This document shows, in pieces, positions 45,421 through 56,915 of a DNA stretch of 64,000 nt. A model generated the notes under the pieces. That model did not search any database, was not told where the DNA came from, and worked only from the letters and a program-made list of their open reading frames with translations. Each line of letters starts with the position of its first letter. The stretch's first letter is position 1. Position numbers and translations under genes: made by a program. The stretch is from Macrostomum lignano (taxonomy: Eukaryota): positions 18,623 through 82,622 of the forward strand of contig NIVC01000377.1 of the NCBI GenBank assembly GCA_002269645.1, given 5' to 3'.

Positions 45421-46639
45421 GCCATCAGTGTTAATACTAACTTATATTTTTCTTTGTTTACATTTCACCGCTAAGCAATATCGATTGTTCAATAATATTA
45501 AGATGCAGCTACCCTGGTGGCTGAGTGCGCTCCCGTTACGCTTGCTGAGTTTGCAACCCCACCTCCGGGAGCAGACAGGCAGGCAAGCAGGTGCAGCCGA
45601 AGCAGATATCCAGGCAAATTGGGGGGGGGGGAAGATTCTCGGGAAGAAGAGAAGCGCGGCTAAAGCTCCATGCAGCTTCTTTTGTTCCCCGCCATCCAGT
45701 CTGGGGAGTTGTTTGCTCGGCGTGTGCCCAGCTGCATCTGTGCCCCATCATTGCTAGGCTAGCTCAGGTCTCAAAAAGCCCACAGCCTCCCCACAGCATC
45801 CCGCGGTATCTCCCCAGATATCCTCCCTCCGACTTATCCCCAGCTCCAGCACGGGAAAGTAAGAGTGGGGGATGAAGAGGGGAAGCTGCATTAGGCAGGT
45901 TGAGGCTGAGTTCAGGTCCAGCGGCCTCAATGCAATTACAAGCGTCTGCAGAACTGTTGGTTCCTCTTTTATTTGCGAGATGGCTGGGTTGAGCTGTGTC
46001 ACGAAGTGGGTATTTTTCATAATTGTGAAAATTCATATTCACAACCATGAGGACGAACCCCCCAAGGCACAGAGACTGTACATGCCTGACGATTTGAAAG
46101 TCAGGGCCGCGGTACACCCTGTGTGAGCGTGTGTTTTATGAGTGCGTGCCCTGAGTGCAGCATGAAAAATTGCCCCGCAAAGTTAAATAATATTTCATTT
46201 GTTTAGGAAGCATGCGGGCTCGTGCCAACACACCCAGCCCCCCTCCGAGTGTTTTGGGTGTTGCGCAACCCGACATGACGGGGTTCCGCTCAGTCAGGTT
46301 GGCCTCAACTGTCAATTAATTCTGCCGCTGCACAGCGGGAGGGATTCGATTGTATAGAGAATGCCCCCCCCCGCCGTGAGCAGTGCTCAAGTGTTTATTG
46401 CTGTAGCCAATGTTGTAGCAAAATGATTCTCTCTGCACACAGGTGTCTAAATAATGCAGCTGGAATATTCAGGCGGAGGAGATGAAAGGAGAGCGTTAAG
46501 CCAGGAGAGTGATAATTTTCGTTAGAGCATTCAAAATTCAGAGAAATGTAACAAACTTCTGGGGCACTAGAAAGGTGCCTCTGCAGGGTGTCACAATGGT
46601 GTTTGAGTGGTGTGTCAGGAAGGTTGTCAGAAAGTGTAA

Positions 46640-47175
46640 ATAAAGTGTCAGAATGTGTCAAAATGGTGTCAGAATGGTTTCAGAATGGTTTCAGAATGGT
46701 GTCAGAAAGGTGACAGAAGGGTGTCAGGACTCAGAATGGTGTCAGAAGGGTGTCAGAAAGATTCAGAAGGGTGTCAGAAAGGTGTCAGAAGGGTGTCAGA
46801 AAGATTCAGACAAGTGTCAGAAAGGTGTCAGAAGGGTGTCAGAAAGGTGTCAGAAGGGTGTCAGAATGGTGTCAGAAGGGTGTCAGAAAGGTGTCAGAAG
46901 GGTGTCAGAAAGATTCAGACGAGTGTCAGAAAGGTGTCAGAAGGGTGTCAGAAAGATTCATAAGGGTGTCAGAAAGGTGTCAGAAGGGTGTCAGAAAGAT
47001 TCAGAAGGGTGTCAGAAAGGTGTCAGAAGGGTGACAGAAAGATTCAGAAGGGTGTCAGAAAGGTGTCAGAAGGGTGTCAGAAAGATTCAGAATGGTGTCA
47101 GAAAGGTGTCAGAAGGGTGTCAGAAAGATTCAGAAGGGTGTCAGAAAGGTGTCAGAAGGGTGTCAGAATGGAGTC
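46640..47175. repeat. Degenerate 10-12-bp repeat (gtcagaaaggt / gtcagaagggt)
   Basis: Direct reading. Confidence 0.88.
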
Positions 47176-47949
47176 TAAGTGAGGTGTCAGGTGCCGAAGC
47201 AGTTAACATTAATCGCTAATTTAGAATCTATATCAACATATTAGCAGCATAATTGTTAATGTTTACCGGCTTAGAGCATAGAAATATCCATAAGAAGGCA
47301 TTCCAATTCGCATTTATGATTATACTCATTGGAATAGAACCCTCAGCCTGGGTCGCCACTGGGTGGCGGGAGGATTTCGTGACATTGACAGAATTTCCCC
47401 GATCGGAGAAAAAAAACCACTGTTATTCTCCCTCTGGTGCTGCCCTGATCTCTCTTATGCTCACTGGTGCAGTGAAGCAAAAGTTTGTGTCGAATGTTTT
47501 TTTATAGAAAATGTGCAACTCAGCACAAAATTTGTCCGAACCGCTCAACTGCGCACTCGGCTGAGGCTTATTGCGCATTTATTATTTGTATTAGAACTGC
47601 TTGACGGTATTGGATGCTATTAGAATGCACTGGAATAGACACTGAAATATATGCTTTATCATAATGGCATTTGCTCAATTTTTATCTTATAGTTGCTATC
47701 AGCCTATCTGTGGGGTGGTCCCGCACGCCCGAATGCTATGTAGTGTGGCCTTTTGTTCGATTCTTGTTCTCATAGAACTCTCCATTGGAGCGACTCAGGA
47801 GGGGGGGTAGCATTGTGTCGGACAATAAAGCGAAAGTTTTACAGATTTTATCTCTGCTTTTTGGCCTATTCTACTTCGCTTTGGGCAACTCTGTTACTCG
47901 ATACAAATAAATTGCTGTCTCGCTTTGGTTCAAATACGAGCCTAGCAGT

Positions 47950-48795
47950 GATCCTTCAGGCTGTCTCACTACCATTCCTTCAGGGTGTCTCACTACTAGT
48001 CCTTCAGGCTGTCTCACTACCATTCCTTCAGGCTGTCTCACTACCATTCCTTCAGGCTGACACACTACCTGTCCTTCAGGCTGTCTCACTACCTGTCCTT
48101 CAGGCTGTCTCACTACCATTCCTTCAGGGTGTCTCACTACTAGTCCTTCAGGCTGTCTCACTACCATTCCTTCAGGCTGTCTCACTACCATTCCTTCAGG
48201 CTGACACACTACCTGTCCTTCAGGCTGTCTCACTACCTGTCCTTCAGGCTGTCTCACTACTAGTCCTTCAGGCTGTCTCACTACCATTCCTTCAGGGTGT
48301 CTCACTACTAGTCCTTCAGGCTGTCTCACTACTAGTCCTTCAGGCTGTCTCACTACCATTCCTTCAGGCTGTCTCACTACCATTCCTTCAGGCTGTCTCA
48401 CTACCATTCCTTCAGGCTCACTACTAGTCCTTCAGTCTCACTACTAGTCCTTCAGTCTCACTACTAGTCCTTCAGTCTCACTACTAGTCCTTCAGTCTCA
48501 CTACCATTCCTTCAGGCTCACTACTAGTCCTTCAGTCTCACTACTAGTCCTTCAGTCTCACTACTAGTCCTTCAGTCTCACTACTAGTCCTTCAGTCTCA
48601 CTACTAGTCCTTCAGTCTCACTACTAGTCCTTCAGTCTCACTACTAGTCCTTCAGTCTCACTACTAGTCCTTCAGTCTCACTACTAGTCCTTCAGTCTCA
48701 CTACTAGTCCTTCAGTCTCACTACTAGTCCTTCAGTCTCACTACTAGTCCTTCAGTCTCACTACTAGTCCTTCAGTCTCACTACTAGTTCTTCAG
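47950..48795. repeat. Minisatellite switching from 24 bp (ccttcaggctgtctcactaccatt) to 20 bp (ccttcagtctcactactagt)
   Basis: The transition occurs at ~48415-48430. Confidence 0.9.
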
Positions 48796-49669
48796 GCTTC
48801 CAGACTCCCCAAGTCAAAGGCTAAAAGGCTAATGAATAAAGTCAATTAGTTCAGACCCGCAACTTGCATCAAACTGTGACTTGACCACGTGAACTATCTC
48901 ACAGTCGAGAACAGTAAGTTAACCAGCCTCTGCTCCAAAACAGACAGGGACGCAGATTTTCAGTCTTACCTTCACCGCCTATCAACAACAGCACTGTCTC
49001 AGGCAGCCAAAAACCTATAGAGCAAGCCAAGGACCCCCTAATAAAAGTGTCCAATCCAGACATAAGAGAGCAGCGTCTCTCAGTCTGAGGCATCAAGAGT
49101 CTTAGCAGGTCAAGCGGCATTTACAATCCAAGCCAAAGCCAGTCAAAATGCAGCTTTGCTCACTCAAGCTGAACACAAAAAACCGAGAATTGAAAGAAAG
49201 AGAAAGAGAGAAAAGTCAGTGAAATTCAAGCCAGTCGCAGTCTGAATCCTCATTTGAGGACTAGCTTATGCTAAGCTAAACAGCCACTGCTCCACCCCCA
49301 ATATTTCGCACTTATTTTTCTCCAACACCCATGCAGGCCGCGCAGCTATGTGCTGGGAGCTGACACATTCAATATTGAAGCGCTTGACCAGAACAAACAT
49401 AATACCAGCTAACACCCTACTCGCATATTGGAGCTGCAGACTTTCGCTTGGCACCTTGCTTGCCTGTCTATCTGTGAAATACACTACTGGAGTGGCCGCT
49501 CCACCCTCTCTCTCTCTGTCTACATACACTGAGCCAGGCCCTTTTAATTCGTTTCACTCTCTCCTTACTCTACTGGCTCTGCGGAAGCTGTCTTTCAATT
49601 TAAAATTTGCTCATTTTTGGAAGTGCTGAACTCTTGTTGATTGTTGAGTGTTGACTCAGAAAAGATTGG

Positions 49670-49995
49670 ATGTCAGACCGATTGACGGGGTTGTCGGACC
49701 CATTGAGGGGGTTGTCAGATAGATTGACGGATTGTCAGACATATTGACGGGGTTATCAGACCGATTAATGGATTGTTAGACCGATTGACGGGTTGACAGA
49801 CCGATTAATGGATTGTCAGACCGATTGACGAGGTTGACAGACCGATTAATGGATTGTCAGACCGATTGACGGGGTTGACAGACCGATTATCAGGGTTGTC
49901 AGACCGATTGACGGCGTTGTCAGACAGATTGACGGGGTTGTCAGACAGATTGACGGGTTGTCAGACCGATTGACGGGTTGTCAGACCGATTGATT
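49670..49995. repeat. ~20-bp degenerate repeat (tgtcagaccgattgacggg)
   Basis: Direct reading. Confidence 0.85.
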
Positions 49996-50009
49996 GGGAT
50001 TGAGATATT

Positions 50010-50245
50010 AGGGGTGGGATGTCACAGATTGGGATATCAGGGGGTGAGATGTCACAAATTGGGGTATCAGGGGGTGGTATGTCACAGATCGGGATATCAG
50101 GGGGTGGGATGTCACACATTGGGATATCAGGGGGTGGGATGTCACAGATTGGGATATCAGGGGGTGGGATGTCACAGATTGGGATATCAGGGGCTGGGAT
50201 GTCACAGATTGGGATATCAGGGGTGGGATGTCACAGGTTGGGATT
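50010..50245. repeat. 30-bp minisatellite (ggggtgggatgtcacagattgggatatcag)
   Basis: Direct reading, ~8 copies. Confidence 0.9.
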
Positions 50246-51324
50246 TCAAGGATTGAAATGTCTACTTCCTGCTCATTACTCTCTACTCTCTACTCTTGAC
50301 TCTCTACTTTCTACCCTCTACTCTCCGATTCTACTCAGAGGTCAGGATGTCAGCCTGATTGGCAAAGATCTCAGACATCCAAAATTAACGGTCGGGATGT
50401 CCGACCGAAAGCAATGCTTAGGGGTCAGATCGGTTCGGATGGTTTGTCAGAACAGAATATCATATTGAATTTTAAGACTTTCTACTTTTTATAATGATTC
50501 AATAACGAAGTTTAAGCGTACGAGTAACTTACCTCAGATTACTGTCGGAGTTATCAGAGTGCTCGAGTCCAATCAAAAGCCGAGAACTTGATGGCGCCTT
50601 TAGCTTATCACTGCATTATAAAAGAGTTATTAATGCAATACTGAATAGTTAATAGCTTAACTATGACTCAATGGTGCTGAAGGCAGAACTATATGCAGAC
50701 AGACGGACAGTGAGAGTTTTCTATTTTGGACTTATCAATTGTCTCCAAATCTCTTATAAGACTGCCAGAGGCTATACCGAAGCATTCATTGGCCGTCAGC
50801 CCAACAGGCCAATGGCTCTCTCTGGTATGCAAGCCCCCCTAGCCCGCACGCATTCTATGTAGGGCTTAAGACCAAAATTCACAGGAGTTAATGACGGACA
50901 GGTGAAGAGGAGGCCCGCGACACAAATTATGACAGAAAAAATTATCATGCTATGATGCTATTTGTCTAGATAAAAAACATGTGTACCGCTTTTTTACACA
51001 GCTTAATAGGGGAGTTCCCCCCTCGTAGTCGCTAATGACTCATAAAGTGGGAATAATTGGCAAAGGACGCTGGGGTGATGGTGACTGGCTTTTTTAAATG
51101 GATATTGATGGATGTGGGGGACAGCTCGGCTTAGTGAGAAAGTGGCGCTGACCTGCAGGCTGTCGGGTGGGAGCCAGACTGGGGGGGACAGCTCAGTGGC
51201 TTGGGTGCCAGCAGTATAAACTTCTCGCGATTTCCTGAGCCCTCCGCATGCTCCATGACTCTGTTGTTGTGGGGGTGCTGTTAATGGGGTTAAGGGGGAT
51301 ATTAGGGGGTTCTTGGGGAGAGTA

Positions 51325-52280
51325 TGTTGTTGTCAGGGAGGGGCTGTTGTTGTCGGGGAGGGGCTGTTGTTGTCGCGGAGGGGCTGTTGTTGTCAGGAAG
51401 GGGCTGTTGTTGTCAGGGAGGGGCTGTTGTTGTCGGGGAGGGGCTGTTGTTGTCGCGGAGGGGCTGTTGTTGTCGGGTAGGGGCTGTTGTTGTCGGGTGG
51501 GGGCTGTTGTTGTCGGGGAGAGGCTGTTGTTGTCGGGAAGGGGCTGTTGTTGTCGGGTGGGGGCTGTTGTTGTCGGGTGGGGCTGTTGTTGTCGGGTAGG
51601 GGCTGTTGTTGTCGGGGAGGGGCTGTTGTTGTCGGGGAGGGGCTGTTGTTGTCGCGGAGGGGCTGTTGTTGTCGGGGAGGGGCTGTTGTTGTCGGGTGGG
51701 GGCTGTTGTTGTCGGGGAGAGGCTGTTGTTGTCGGGTGGGGGCTGTTGTTGTCGGGTAGGGGCTGTTGTTATCGGGGAGGGGCTGTTGTTGTCGGGTAGG
51801 GGCTGTTGTTGTCGGGGAGGGGTTGTTGTTGTCGGGAGGGGCTGTTATTGTCGGGGAGGGGCTGTTGTTGTCGGGGAGGGGCTGTTGTTGTCGGGGAGGG
51901 GCTGTTGTTGTCGCGGAGGGGCTGTTGTTGTCGGGTAGGGGCTGTTGTTGTCGGGCGGGGGCTGTTGTTGTCGGGGAGAGGCTGTTGTTGTCGGGGAGGG
52001 GCTGTTGTTGTCGGGTAGGGGCTGTTGTTATCGGGTGGGGGCTGTTGTTGTCGGTTAGGGGCTGTTGTTGTCGGGGAGGGGCTGTTGTTGTCGGGGAGGG
52101 GCTGTTGTTGTCGGGGAGGGGCTGTTGTTGTCGGGGAGGGGCTGTTGTTGTCGGGGAGGGGCTGTTGTTGTCGGGGAGGGGCTGTTGTTGTCGGGGAGGG
52201 CTGTTGTTGTCAGGGAGGGGCTGTTGTTGTCGGGGAGGGGCTGTTGTTGTCGGGGAGGGGCTTTTGCTGTCGGGGAGGGC
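51325..52280. repeat. G-rich 20-bp minisatellite (ggggctgttgttgtcgggga)n
   Basis: Direct reading; source of the spurious LLLSGRGCCCR ORFs. Confidence 0.92.
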
Positions 52281-53136
52281 CCCTAATGAGCCGTATTCTC
52301 AGCAGTCTTGTCATTATCAATGATTTTCAAAGCTTCGCCTCGCCAAAGTGCTCTGGCGATGGCAATTTTGATCTGTCATCCTTTATTTATATACACTACT
52401 TGTAGTATACAGATTAGTAGAAATCAGAATATTTGACGTTTTTAACTCAACGTGAACTCATAGAAAATGAATTTATTGTAAAAATTTTTTAATTTCTCAG
52501 ACATAAATTGAAAATTTTATCCCCGCAGCTTATTTATGTGGAGAGAATCGTTTTCTGTAGATAAAAAAAGTATTCTCAGGTTATTTAGTCTCTTTGCTGA
52601 TTAATTGAATTAAGATATTTAGGATTCAAGGAGTCGATAGGGTCGGCCGACCCCCACTGGGAAAATTCTGGACCCCACCTCTGTATCACCCGGAGTTTAA
52701 GAACAGTTGACCAAACTAAACTAACATTAGTTAATTATCCATACTAGCGATTAGTTAGCCCAGGGAATACGTACAGTATTCGGTGTCAGAGAGAAAGCAA
52801 AATTATCCCACTCTGGGAGCTGCCCGAATCTTCCCCACTTTTTCCGTATATACGAGCGCATTACTAATACGTAGGAGGCCAGCTAGAGGGGAAAGATGAA
52901 ATGAAAAATGGGGATTGGGGAGTTGTTCGTCCGGAAAGGGAGATGATTTCTGATGGCTGATGCAGGGAACGTTATCAGTAGCCTTGCTGTGAATCACCCC
53001 ATAGTGCTGGCCAATGGCAGAAAGTCCTGGATCTATATAGGAGGAGACATTTCCCACACCCCGGGGCCTACGAAGCGCTGCCAAAACAGCAGACAGCCCC
53101 AGTGTGCTCATAGCGCAAGTGCAGCCAAACTATTCG

Positions 53137-54389
53137 ATGTCGGACGACTCTGAGCAGCGACAGCAGCCGGCGCCTGCGGCCTTCCAGGTGCCCGTGGATG
53201 AGGAGAACATCGCCCAGACTGGCGGCCGGCGACCCAGGCATCTGGAGCAGAGGATGGAGGATCGCGAAGGCATCACAGCCGAGGTTATGACCCGGAGACA
53301 GGCGGAGGCTGAGGAGAGACGGAAGGTGAGATGAAGCGAAGCTAGATAGCTTAAAATTTATTTGAAATCGAAACAGTTGGCGAACCTGAACTGTTCGTTA
53401 CTGAATTCGTTTTCAGTAAAGAGTGGAAGATTTTATTTTAAGATTTTCCATGACTCATTTGCCATTTGCAGTCGGTCTCCGTCTGCCCCCCTCTCTCTTT
53501 CGACTCTTCCTTCATCCCTAGGGAGGATTCAACCAACCCAACCTCGTATAGCATTGGCCCCAGTAATGACTCAGGATTTACGATGCTCAAAGTTTATCTA
53601 TATGGAAATAAAGTGAATAGCAGCATCGCAGACAGGGCGGATTTAAGGGGGGGATGATGGCGCCCCTTTCCCTTTTGGGCTGGCAGCCCCAAATATGATC
53701 AATATTCTGAACTGTAATACTTTGAATAGACGGAGTGATTAAATCCAAAAACAGGAAGAAGTGCCGAAGACACAAGCATAGAAGTTGCCTGGCTAACTTC
53801 ATACTATGTGCTCAGGTCCTCATAGAAATAAAAAAGGTCTTCACCGCCCCCCCCCATTCAGTTTTCTCAGTTTAGCGCCCCTCTAGTGTATATTGTGGCA
53901 CCCCTCTAGTGTATATCATGGCGCCCCTCTAGTGTATATCATGGCGCCCCTCTAGTGTATATCATGGCGCCCCTCTAGTGTATATCATGGCGCCCCTCTA
54001 GTGTATATCACGGCGCCCCTCTAGTGTATATTGTGGCGCCCCCACTCTTATGGTTAAAATCCGCCTATCATTTTACGAGCGCATATTTCTAAATCCGCCT
54101 TTTATCGCAGATTGCAAGATATTTTCATTCCATGCTAACCGCGATGATGAATAGAATGAAAATTAACAATCACAGAATATTTTCTCTTTAACAGCTTGTC
54201 AAAGCCGTTACGATGCTACACTAATTGCAACGCAGTGAAGGGTCAGCTGAAATGAATTTTCTTTAACCACCCCTTTCGCCATAGAGAAAAGAGGCCGAGA
54301 CAATCAAGCGCGTCAGCATGCACCACGAGAAGGTGGACAAAATCTCCAAGGATGCCGAGGATCGCAAGAAGAGGGAGAGCGTCAGCTGA
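53137..54389 (+). CDS. Stathmin-domain (STMN/STMND1-like) small protein, 97 aa
   Basis: Exons 53137-53325 (donor AAG|GTGAGA) and 54285-54389 (acceptor CCATAG), phase 0. Translation MSDDSEQ..AFQVPVDE..RPRHLEQR..TAEVMTRRQAEAEERRK|RKEAETIKRVSMHHEKVDKI.. resembles the stathmin pattern AF(E/Q)..EEIQKKLEAAEERRK. Confidence 0.72.
53860..54110 (-). mobile_element. Same minisatellite-carrying element, copy 2, in the stathmin-like intron
   Basis: ggcgcccctctagtgtatatcat units followed by tatggttaaaatccgcc..atatttctaaatccgcc. Confidence 0.65.
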
Positions 54390-56915
54390 CGGCTGAAAAA
54401 GCTTGAACTGTCGACTAGTTTTTACTTTTATTTGCTTTTAGCGTGGTTTTGCTTTTATCTGCTGTTGGCTTCTTTGCTTTTTACTCCTTCCTTGCTTGAA
54501 AAGCAATCTCTTCTCAAGCGCTTTGATGCATATGGACTGTGATTAAAATGCACTTTCTATTGGCCATTATAAATGGAAGCAATTTTCAGACCCTTGCTTA
54601 AAGCTAAAGATGTAAGTCTGAATTTATTTTAAATCTCTTTTAAACCTTAAATATATGTGAGGATCGAATGTCAGCGGGTAGTGATGACTAAAATTTTATT
54701 CTAGGCTAACTTAATTAAAAAGCGCTGGGTGTAACTTTCTAGATAATTGTGCTCGCTTGATGCGCAACAGATCGCTAAACAGAAAGTTTTATAAAATTCA
54801 TTTTTCTTCTCTCTTGTTCATAAGTTTCGTACTGACATTCAAGGGTTGTTTTTTATGTTGAAAGTAATAAGTACAGTTATCACTGTCTTTAATCGGGCAA
54901 ATACTCGTAGCTGTTAAGTAATAGTCGAGCCTTTTTGCTACTATCATTTTACGGCGCCTTAGTACGGCATATTTACCAGCAGAGACCGCCTTTCAAAACT
55001 TATATTAGTTTGTGGACAAATAAAGAATTTTGTCGGTTGTCGCGATATGCATGCACTACTCTCGTTGAGTAAATTAAACGTACATGTACGTATAGTAGCG
55101 TTTTTCGGCTTTTTTTGGGATCAGGCTGGTAGTGTGATAAACCAAAACGTCTTGTAGTTTGGATACCAGCTTTAGTCAGAACGACACGACTGATGTTTTT
55201 CTATATAACAACAAGAGACCTATCGGAGTGATTCGGATGAGAATGGAAAAATCGTTCCTGAAAAAATATTACTTGTAATCTAAGTGTAATGTGTTTAATT
55301 TAAATATACGCCTTACTTTTCGCGACAATATAACAAAATGTACAGACATACGATATAAAAATTGCGTATATGATTATTCCATGAAGTGGAACTATAGCTA
55401 ATTGACTATTTCGTCTAAAAAGCCTAATGAAATAGAGTGTCATAGCGTTTTAGTGTCAAAGCCTTTTTCGGACTGGCTTTTACATCATAAACAAAGCAAA
55501 GGGAACCATTAAATCATTTCCTCCTTGACCTCTAAAGTCAGAACTTGTGCTACTTCGCTAGCCGTATTTATTTAATAAAATAATCTTAACGGCTAAGGCT
55601 AATTATTGTAGAGCTATTCTGTAAATCGTGTGAAAAGTGACTGTTCTGTTTCCATATTTGTTTTTGGTGCTTAGCAGAATTACTGTTTTTTATTTTTTTT
55701 GTTGTTGACATTTTGTAAAATATTTTACAGAGTATTTTCAAGTGAATACTAAATAGTGTGATATTTACTAGTTTAGGCCTAATTGAAGATTTTACTTTTT
55801 ATCAACCCTTTAAGACAGGCCCTAGTACAAGTATTGTAATTAGTTATAATTCAAGTTTTTATTAAATAAATATATCATTATATATAGTGAGGTTTTGAAA
55901 TAAGGGTTATAACAATATTTTAAAAAAGAACTTCTGCTGTTTTTGAACCATGTTTATTAATACATATGACATTTATCTATAAGTAGGTTAGTACTATAAA
56001 GCCTATGCTATGTAATGATAACATTATTGTTCTATTAGTGAATAGTTATATTGCTAGATTTAAAGATAGGCAACTAAGGCTAACTTCATTTAAGACTATA
56101 TGATAGTATTTTATGATTTCTAGCATTTGATATTTAAGTTATTAAAAAAATACATGTTTTCATTCCTATAGTATATATAATTAACTAGAAAATATATATA
56201 ATATATTGTATTATCTTTTTAAATACCTTTAATATTTTTAACCTAGTTCATTTGTTCGATTAGATTTAGAATATTGAAATATTTAAAAATTTATACTTGT
56301 TTCAATATATCATATATATCTTTTATATAAATAGAAGGCTTCTAGCTTCTACCTTCTAGCAAACTCCTAAGATGATTGACCAAAACAAAAAATATCATTG
56401 TTGATTGAAAGACTGGCTAAATAAAGACAGCTATCCAATATCTTAATCAAGATAAACAAATAATATTTTTAACATAATATAATAAATATATACAGTTTAT
56501 ATGAGTAAATAAGTCAAAGATTTATTTTATGTTTTTACTAGCAAATAAAATGTTATTTTCTGAAAATATAAAAACAAAAAATAGGCATAGGCCAAAGAAT
56601 TATTTGACCCTTTGAGTTCATTGTAGTACAATGAATGAAATCAGCAAGTATTTATACTTATCTTACATAAAAGGATTCTTTTAATTCTAAAATAATATCT
56701 AGTTAATATAGTTATAAAATTCTTTACAAAAAACCTTACAGGGCTTTAACTCTTTATCCAACTTTCAGTATTGCAGAACTTACTGCTCACAAAGCGCTGG
56801 GCGAGTTGCAGTGCCATTCTGCTCAGACTTCTTGCTGACAGCTGCTAGTCTTTGTTGCTGTGGTCGAGATTGAAACAAAGAGTGTTGAATAGCAAACTAA
56901 CTAAAGTACACCCCA

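Noticed and set aside
48899-49529. Short minus-strand ORFs as 5' exons of the pseudokinase
   Set aside because: No domain similarity, and the best donor (48958) is phase 1 whereas phase 0 is needed; left unassigned.
46653-52405. Repeat-peptide ORFs (CQKGVRR, LQAVSLPF, MSQIGISGG, LLLSGRGCCCR)
   Set aside because: All coincide with minisatellites; no splice context or domain similarity.
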